Shown one piece after another: positions 58,301-64,000 of a DNA stretch of 64,000 nt. The translations under genes were made by a program, and so were the position numbers. The stretch is from NCBI GenBank assembly GCA_030603365.1, contig JAUVXV010000001.1, positions 448,001-512,000 of the forward strand. The letters are read 5' to 3'. The DNA is from Candidatus Heimdallarchaeota archaeon (GTDB taxonomy: Archaea > Asgardarchaeota > Heimdallarchaeia > Heimdallarchaeales > Heimdallarchaeaceae). The notes under the pieces were generated by a model. The model did no database searches. It was not told the origin of the DNA and saw only the letters and a program-made list of their open reading frames with translations. How positions within the stretch are numbered: the stretch's first letter is position 1; each line of letters opens with the position of its first letter.

Positions 58301-60336
58301 TCATATACAGTGCAGAATACATAACATTCACTTACAGTTCCAGTAGCTGCGACTTTGTTAGTTTAGTAGAATGGGGCTTTAGATATAACTTCACTTTCAT
58401 TAACAATGATGTTAGTGTTAATGTCATTAATGTAACTATTACACTAGGAAAAAATGGTTATGAAGAAGCTTCAGCAACAATATCAATACCAGTAATATCA
58501 AAAGCCACAGATGCTGATTTTGATGTAGGATATTCCTCTGATATTTCAATTTACTATGAGGAAGGTTTTACAGTAGGATTATTGTACTGGGATACAACAT
58601 TAATGGAGTATATCCCACAACCAGATACAGTTATAGTAGAAGGGGATATATCTGTCACCTTTGATCCTCCTTCAAACATAAGTGATACAATAATTATAAA
58701 TATTAACCCAATTGGTACTCTTGGAGTATTTTATCTCAACATCACTCTAATGGAACCAGGTTATGCTCCACAAATGCTACAAATATTCATTACAGTAAAT
58801 GAACGAACGACCTACCTTGATACGCCAATGAGTGAACTAGATATCACTGATTACGCGAGTGAAGATATTGAAGTTTTATTCTGGTATCAAGATGTAATCT
58901 CTGGTTATTCCAATATACTAACTGCGACAGTTTCTGCAAATTTTGATGTTGCTAATAGTTCCTTAGATATAAACACATATTTCACTATCGAGTATAATAT
59001 TCTATTAGATCAATATCATCAAATTATTTTTACACCAAATACCGCTTTAGCTGTTGGAACAGTCTTTCTAATAGAACTAACATTCGAGCAATATGGTTAT
59101 GTTATAAAAACTGTGATTATCCAATTGACTTTCCATTCTCCTGTTGATTATGATATAACAGTAGACATTGAAGGAGAATTACGACAATTGGACACTTTTC
59201 AGTTTACTGTAACTATCGAAAATGCGACTCAAGAATTATTATTCCCACTGAGTCTTAATACAATTCATAAGGCTCCTAATCCTTCTGGAGATACAGTCGT
59301 AGTTTTCTATACATTCTATTATAACGATGGAACTGAAGAGACTTTCAATGTGACGATAGCATTAACAGGTTCAGCTGGAACCTACACAGGAACCAGTGTA
59401 GAAATAGAAATTCCATGGCAGGTAACAAGCCTCAGTTATTATGTTTCATATACTCCAAGTGCTGAAAATCAATATGTTTTGCTTTCAAAATCGAGTGTAG
59501 AAAGTGAACCAGTAGCCACAGCATCTCCAGCTTTCTTAGCTTTGTTATCATTCCTATTTAGAGAATACACCTACTACATGGTTGGAGGATTGGCTGCTTT
59601 AGCAGTTATTTTCATAGCTCTCACAATCTACTTTGCAGTAATTAGACCAAAGAAACAAAAGAAGAAAGCATCCAAGAAAGGGTATCTTGACAAAATATCA
59701 AAGATATTAACAAGTGTTTTAGCTATGAGAAAAGTAATAATTGTCCATAAAGAGACAGGATTACCTGTTTATGAATGGGATCTTGGAGGAGAAATAGCCG
59801 TAGATTCGACTTTAGTTACAGGATTCTTGGCAGCTGTTTCTGGAATGGGGAGTGAAATAAGTGGAGGAGCAGCTGGTTCAGTAAAAAAACTCGACTATGG
59901 CCAATTTGTTGTTTCAAGTTCTGCTAAAGATTGTATCTGCGTATATCTATTTAGTACTACTGATGTTTCTGTTGATGTAGAGACTGGTTTAGCAAACTTT
60001 GTTGAGTGGTTTGAGAAAAGGTTCCAACCAATTCTTCATGATTGGAATGGTGTTACTGATGATTTCCAAAAGAATTCAAGACAAATAATGGATACATTAA
60101 GCGAAGAATTATTCGTTTGGACATTACACCCACTTTCAGTCAATACACTGAAAGAGAAGGAAGTAGTTAAGCTAAATCCATTAAGTCAAAGAATTTACAA
60201 GTTCATCAAAGATTACAAAGAAGTAACAATAAGTGTAGCTCTTGAATACTTCAATAAAATACCTCTTGAGGAAACATTATCAACATTATTCAACCTAGTA
60301 GATAACAAATTCCTTTTAAGAATGCGGTTAAGATAA
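55327..60336 (+). CDS. Giant single-pass surface protein with Ig-like ectodomain and cytoplasmic longin-like domain
   Basis: Signal peptide, about 1400 aa of beta-rich repeats, TM near 59575-59643, basic stop-transfer, HKETGLPVY..DSTLVTGFLAAV. Confidence 0.85.
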   Translation: MYNLMKLPSSISKRKKFPLYILSYYILISVMFAPIPQIYASSGLMNSSSQFSDNSYPYNGADYYTEISFDSVLSQDIRPEEIGSAYSPIQDDSNTGDSFSVDDNLAVDHQFALNLTEDSGIITNSYTLSTISDYTNTSLQYGITNMTAVKDYYPVESQTSGGALREKLTWYESVALAQEFEVKWDYAMFYGAKILLNYIPSDFTGIYELEILVVNASTTNPYGPNMSSVLTSDVNDPYDSLNTPPFGSSSNIRYFDFTDVLLEKGSYYVVANLTIIDNNDDSTYDHFAWDKYIVAPYDGKTFEMDNATRSWTQQNTYDLTLIPELLASDSSGLALTFSDPNAIDLTDNSVSITSLTESISETGLHTLTANTSTQITFDNSYAFVKSYSAASIFQASNSSYWNYSVDWNISWYTPLLYITPYVNLDRYHFIYSPTDWHDTTFAFYYNDTNTIPGTRESAGYKVALANNNSAGNWILSTKSPNYLSDLTLMDDTTPTERYLLGYWIGTATQSIGYAGSNIVANTLVQGDGAGIPYDVTTGSLNYTLYDGNGNIIPIKSGLPGDLVYTDTTSYTLAGITQVSAGFYTPEISFDPSAYGTDEPGFWTAAVFWQNGTEVGFYSQRIVVQTQTQFDFVWEEIPLEANWVIDDISRKGLDSIVVTGYYFNVSEPYTTGARNPISSATVSYNVYNATWNTNANLDYYGSAEYNTSILVDFDVGIYTVEIAGTGAFLETNSTSFSLTVFYELALSPQFSSTSTNYTDNAIYYIALHDVTADVNLDYYDDLNVTLYDGTYYYLTSPVDYNFTYDGSPKEWILNINTTTNSLDIGVYSVYIELSIDNYKANYSSEVVSDVYTFEITAPETEIHDVTTPTTIYVYHNVIFKFTLFDINHSIDLTGAVVTPSANVPNINLVVGTEGVNYTITVTNSNEFATAIEISVSVTLANYQSVTDFVLGDLEVLIIQTELVENEPFTPAVSYVGYETTVVIQFNDLTHEQVIYSAEYITFTYSSSSCDFVSLVEWGFRYNFTFINNDVSVNVINVTITLGKNGYEEASATISIPVISKATDADFDVGYSSDISIYYEEGFTVGLLYWDTTLMEYIPQPDTVIVEGDISVTFDPPSNISDTIIININPIGTLGVFYLNITLMEPGYAPQMLQIFITVNERTTYLDTPMSELDITDYASEDIEVLFWYQDVISGYSNILTATVSANFDVANSSLDINTYFTIEYNILLDQYHQIIFTPNTALAVGTVFLIELTFEQYGYVIKTVIIQLTFHSPVDYDITVDIEGELRQLDTFQFTVTIENATQELLFPLSLNTIHKAPNPSGDTVVVFYTFYYNDGTEETFNVTIALTGSAGTYTGTSVEIEIPWQVTSLSYYVSYTPSAENQYVLLSKSSVESEPVATASPAFLALLSFLFREYTYYMVGGLAALAVIFIALTIYFAVIRPKKQKKKASKKGYLDKISKILTSVLAMRKVIIVHKETGLPVYEWDLGGEIAVDSTLVTGFLAAVSGMGSEISGGAAGSVKKLDYGQFVVSSSAKDCICVYLFSTTDVSVDVETGLANFVEWFEKRFQPILHDWNGVTDDFQKNSRQIMDTLSEELFVWTLHPLSVNTLKEKEVVKLNPLSQRIYKFIKDYKEVTISVALEYFNKIPLEETLSTLFNLVDNKFLLRMRLR

Positions 60337-60464
60337 TTTATTATCAATACCTCCTTTTTTTCCTCTTTATTTTTAGTTATAAGTATTCCATTAACAAATA
60401 AGCTAGAAAAAGATAAATAAGGAAAACTTCAAAAACAGATTATTAACGATTGGGTTAGGTTGAA

Positions 60465-60962
60465 ATGAAACGCCAATTCAAATTTCCCGAAAATTGCCTA
60501 TTTTATTCTACTTATGTGTGGTTAGAAGATAGAGATAGAGGTATCTTTCGTGTTGGAATAACAGATTTTGGTCAATATATTTTAGACGACATTATCTCTA
60601 TAAGTTTACCTGAAACAGGAATCTTTGTAGAAAAGGATGAAGAAATAATCTCTATTGATTCAATCGAAGATACTCTTGTGATTAAAGCACCAATCTGTGG
60701 AAAAATACATGAAACCAATGATGAATTAAAACGATCACCTGAACTTCTAAACGAAAGTCCATATGAAGCAGGATGGATACTTGAAATGGAAATTGGTTCA
60801 GATGATGATTTGGATCAACTGATGGATTCTAACGAAATAATAGATCTTCACCAAGAAGAAATTAAAGACAAAGATTTCGAAGATGATGATTTTGGGGAAG
60901 AATCAAGTAATATTAATGATGAAGAAGGTTTTGAATACAATGATAACATCTCGGATTATTAA
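60465..60962 (+). CDS. GcvH-like protein lacking the lipoyl-lysine
   Basis: VGITDFGQ..L.DI, LLNESPYEAGWI; IDSIED replaces VESVK. Confidence 0.8.
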   Translation: MKRQFKFPENCLFYSTYVWLEDRDRGIFRVGITDFGQYILDDIISISLPETGIFVEKDEEIISIDSIEDTLVIKAPICGKIHETNDELKRSPELLNESPYEAGWILEMEIGSDDDLDQLMDSNEIIDLHQEEIKDKDFEDDDFGEESSNINDEEGFEYNDNISDY

Positions 60963-61133
60963 CTAGACGAGGTTTTATCTAGAAAATCTTAAATAATCTT
61001 TAAGTCTAATTTGACTCAAACCTTTATGGGGCGTAACGTACCTTGGAATTTTGATAACTTTCACCAAAAGCCCAAAAACCAATAAGTTAATGGTAACTAT
61101 TTTTTTAAACTATTATGTTAGGAGTATTGAACA

Positions 61134-62624
61134 ATGAGTAAACCAGAGAAGATTATATCTTTACCTACAGAAGCTATTGAGATTTACAAAATCATAGATA
61201 AGGAAAAGAAGATTTCAATCAAGGAAATAGAGAGAATAACTAAGTTAGACAGAGGTAAATTGGAATATTTTCTTAATTTCCTAGTATCAAATGAACTAAT
61301 CTCTAGATTATCTGTGGTTAGGCATCTTATTTCTCTTATCAAAGAGGGAAGAGACGCTGCAGAAAAACAACTTATAGAGAGACGAATTGTAGATGTTCTA
61401 AAAGAGAATAAGAATATTCATTTCGCAAACTTAGCTGAATTAATTGGCTGTGATAAGAAAGAAATGAATGCTGGAATTGGGCTTCTAAAGAAAAACGATT
61501 TTATTAAAATTGAGAAAGGAGTAATAACTCTAGCTAAACCAGATGCTGAAATAAATGCAAATCTGCAAGCAATCATAGAACAACTTGCAGCCAATGAAAA
61601 AGTCGACACAAGAGACTTTGATGCGATTCTTCTAGAAAGAAACCTTGTTGAATTAGCAGAAGTTAAAGATACAATTCTTGAAACATTAATTTCTTATAAT
61701 GAAGTTAAGAAAAAAATAAAACAATCATCTGAAATAAGTCGTTTAAGTCCAAATATGATTAGAAATGGAACTTGGAAAGATGTTAAACTAAAAGAATACA
61801 ATCTTGAAGTTTCACCTCCAGCTTTCTATGGAGGAAGAAAACAACCTTATGCACAATTTCTAGATATGGTGAAAAGGAAACTAGTAGGACTTGGTTTTCA
61901 AGAGATGAGAGGACCTTTAGTCGAGTTAGAATTCTGGAATTTTGATGCATTATTTCAAGCACAGGATCATTCAGCAAGAGAATGGTCAGATGTTTATAGG
62001 GTAGCTAATCCAAAAAGGGGATTTTTACCTAAAGAGAAGTATGTATCATTAGTTCAGCAAGTTCATGAGGATGGTTATGATACAGGAAGTAAAGGTTGGA
62101 GATATAAATGGTCTCCTGAGAAAAGCGCTCGATTAGTTTTAAGAGCTCACGGTACTTCTGTTAGTGCAAGAACGTTGGTTGATTTACCAGTTCCTTCTAA
62201 ATACTTCAGTATATCAAGATGTTATCGTCCAGATACAGTTGATGCTACACATCTATCTGAATTCAATCAAGCCGAAGGAATAGTAACCGATCCTTCTATT
62301 ACTTTCAGAGATTTACTTGGAATTCTAACAACATTTGCTGTTGATGTGGCTGAATCGGATAATTTCATCTTCAGACCAGACTATTATCCTTTCACAGAAC
62401 CCTCTGTAGAATTAAGTGTTGTAGATCCAAACATAGGACCAGTGGAGTTTGGAGGTGCTGGAATATTCCGACCAGAAGTAACACGTCCTTTTGGAGTAGA
62501 GACCCCTGTAATAGCTTGGGGTTTGGGTATAGATAGGTTGTTTATGGTTAAGCATGGAATTACTGACATTAGAGAACTATTCAGTCATAAATTAGAATGG
62601 TTAAGAACAGCGGGGATATCTTGA
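61134..62624 (+). CDS. pheS: Phenylalanine-tRNA ligase alpha subunit
   Basis: FWNFDALF, RAHGT, HLSEFNQ, YPFTEPS, GIFRPE, WGLGIDR. Confidence 0.96.
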   Translation: MSKPEKIISLPTEAIEIYKIIDKEKKISIKEIERITKLDRGKLEYFLNFLVSNELISRLSVVRHLISLIKEGRDAAEKQLIERRIVDVLKENKNIHFANLAELIGCDKKEMNAGIGLLKKNDFIKIEKGVITLAKPDAEINANLQAIIEQLAANEKVDTRDFDAILLERNLVELAEVKDTILETLISYNEVKKKIKQSSEISRLSPNMIRNGTWKDVKLKEYNLEVSPPAFYGGRKQPYAQFLDMVKRKLVGLGFQEMRGPLVELEFWNFDALFQAQDHSAREWSDVYRVANPKRGFLPKEKYVSLVQQVHEDGYDTGSKGWRYKWSPEKSARLVLRAHGTSVSARTLVDLPVPSKYFSISRCYRPDTVDATHLSEFNQAEGIVTDPSITFRDLLGILTTFAVDVAESDNFIFRPDYYPFTEPSVELSVVDPNIGPVEFGGAGIFRPEVTRPFGVETPVIAWGLGIDRLFMVKHGITDIRELFSHKLEWLRTAGIS

Positions 62625-62634
62625 GGTGTTATGA

Positions 62635-64000
62635 ATGGTATCAATAAAAACTAGTTATACAAAAATAAAAGAAATGATTGGTAAAGAAGTTTCAATCGAT
62701 GAATTAGGTAACCTCTTGGCATTTGCAAAATCAGAAATTGACGATTATGTTGAAGAAGAAGACATGCTTGTAATTGATATTAAAACAAGCAATCGACCAG
62801 ACTTATGGTGCGCTGAAGGCATGGTCAGAGAAATCCATGGTATCCTTGGTACGAAGAAGAAAATACCTTTCTATGAAGTTGAACCAAGTGAGTATAAAGT
62901 AGTGGTTGATCCTGAATTGGCTTCCACCCGTCCATATATCGCTTGTGCCATAGCAAAGAATATTGATATGTCAGATTATCATATTAAGCAGTTCATGCAA
63001 CTAGCAGAGAAAATAGATCAATCCTATGGAAGAAAAAGAAAAAGATCATCTATTGGAATGTATAATCTTGCAATGATTAAAAGCCCAATTGATTACAAAG
63101 TGATTGACCAATCACATGAGTTCATTCCCTTAGGTTACGAAGAAAAAATGAGCTTACCTCAAATACTTGAAGAACATGAAAAGGGACAAGAATTTGGTGA
63201 TATTGTCAAAGAATATGGACACTTTCCTATTCTTCTCTCTGCAGATGGACTGACACTATCTTTGCCACCTATAATCAATAGTAATGATGTGGGACGAATA
63301 ACAGAAGAAACTACTGAATGTCTCATAGAAGTAACAGGAACCAATTATGAAACAGTCAATGTAATTTTAAATATACTCTGTCAAACAATAGCAGATCATG
63401 GAGCAAAAATTTTCAGTGTTGAAATTGACTATCCTAAAGAGATACTAGATCGAAAAGATATTAATCCAAATCTAGAATTAGAGGAAATTGAAATTGATAT
63501 AGACATTCTGAACAAATATCTTGGAACAAATTTATCTGTAAAAAAAGCTTCAGAATTAATAGAGAAAAGGCGTTTTGATAGTGTTTCACATGATAAATCT
63601 AAATTAACTGTTGCAATTCCACCATATAGAAAAGATATTCTTCATTGGGTGGATATTTCAGAAGAAATTGCAATAGCGATGGATTTGAATAAAATAGGTC
63701 CCACTGAATGGAAGGTTCTTACAACTGGAAGTCTGTTACCTGAAACTGAAAGTGAGAATAAAGTAAGAGATATTCTATTAGGTATGGGTGGAATTGAACT
63801 ATTAACTAACACATTGACAGATCCAGATATTCTAACACTTAATGTTAATATTAAGGATAGAGAATTGGTCAGAGTTGAAAATCCTATTACTAAAACCTAC
63901 AGTGTTCTAAGAGACCAAATCTATCCTGTTCTAATAAGTGTATTATCAAAAAACACCCATGAATCTTATCCACAATCTATTTTTGAAGTAGGAGAAGTTG
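62635..64000 (+). CDS. pheT: Phenylalanine-tRNA ligase beta subunit (runs off the window)
   Basis: ATG at 62635 after GAGGTG; SNRPDLW, RPYIAC, LSLPPIINS, PPYRKDILH..D..EE. Confidence 0.93.
   Translation, partial: MVSIKTSYTKIKEMIGKEVSIDELGNLLAFAKSEIDDYVEEEDMLVIDIKTSNRPDLWCAEGMVREIHGILGTKKKIPFYEVEPSEYKVVVDPELASTRPYIACAIAKNIDMSDYHIKQFMQLAEKIDQSYGRKRKRSSIGMYNLAMIKSPIDYKVIDQSHEFIPLGYEEKMSLPQILEEHEKGQEFGDIVKEYGHFPILLSADGLTLSLPPIINSNDVGRITEETTECLIEVTGTNYETVNVILNILCQTIADHGAKIFSVEIDYPKEILDRKDINPNLELEEIEIDIDILNKYLGTNLSVKKASELIEKRRFDSVSHDKSKLTVAIPPYRKDILHWVDISEEIAIAMDLNKIGPTEWKVLTTGSLLPETESENKVRDILLGMGGIELLTNTLTDPDILTLNVNIKDRELVRVENPITKTYSVLRDQIYPVLISVLSKNTHESYPQSIFEVGEV

Noticed and set aside
61027-61074. 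Weak hairpin upstream of pheS as a riboswitch or H/ACA RNA
   Set aside because: Short interrupted stems, with no T-box, K-turn or clear ACA box

Overview
AT-rich archaeal chromosomal segment, most likely from an Asgard archaeon (Heimdallarchaeia-like). The assignment is an inference from several longin-like/roadblock proteins, a Rag/Arf-like GTPase, an Rpo5 with a eukaryote-type N-terminal jaw domain, a NosD-repeat surface protein, archaeal tRNAs with a BHB intron and an archaeal RNase P RNA. Housekeeping content: a gluconeogenesis cluster (class II FBA, class I FBPase, bifunctional FBPA/ase), PMM/PGM, PlsY, an arsM cassette, AK6, oapA/B/C, cofD-dus-cofC, tsr3, bshA/bshC, proteasome beta+alpha, pheS/pheT, three tRNAs and rnpB. 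The most notable observations are: (1) a single-pass receptor-like protein with a cytoplasmic Regnase/NYN RNase domain, lying between rnpB and a proteasome gene pair; (2) a tnpB 3' remnant followed by a structured omegaRNA-like region whose flanking 16-mer exactly matches a site upstream of the neighbouring gene; (3) a displaced Rpo5 with an RPB5-like jaw and a histone H1-like tail; (4) a DUS-like flavoenzyme wedged between cofD and cofC; (5) SPT-like and PlsY lipid enzymes, bacillithiol genes and a possible OST48/Wbp1-like protein; (6) unannotated microproteins and operator arrays. No CRISPR array, rRNA or intact mobile element was seen. All family calls come from motif recognition by eye; no searches were run.
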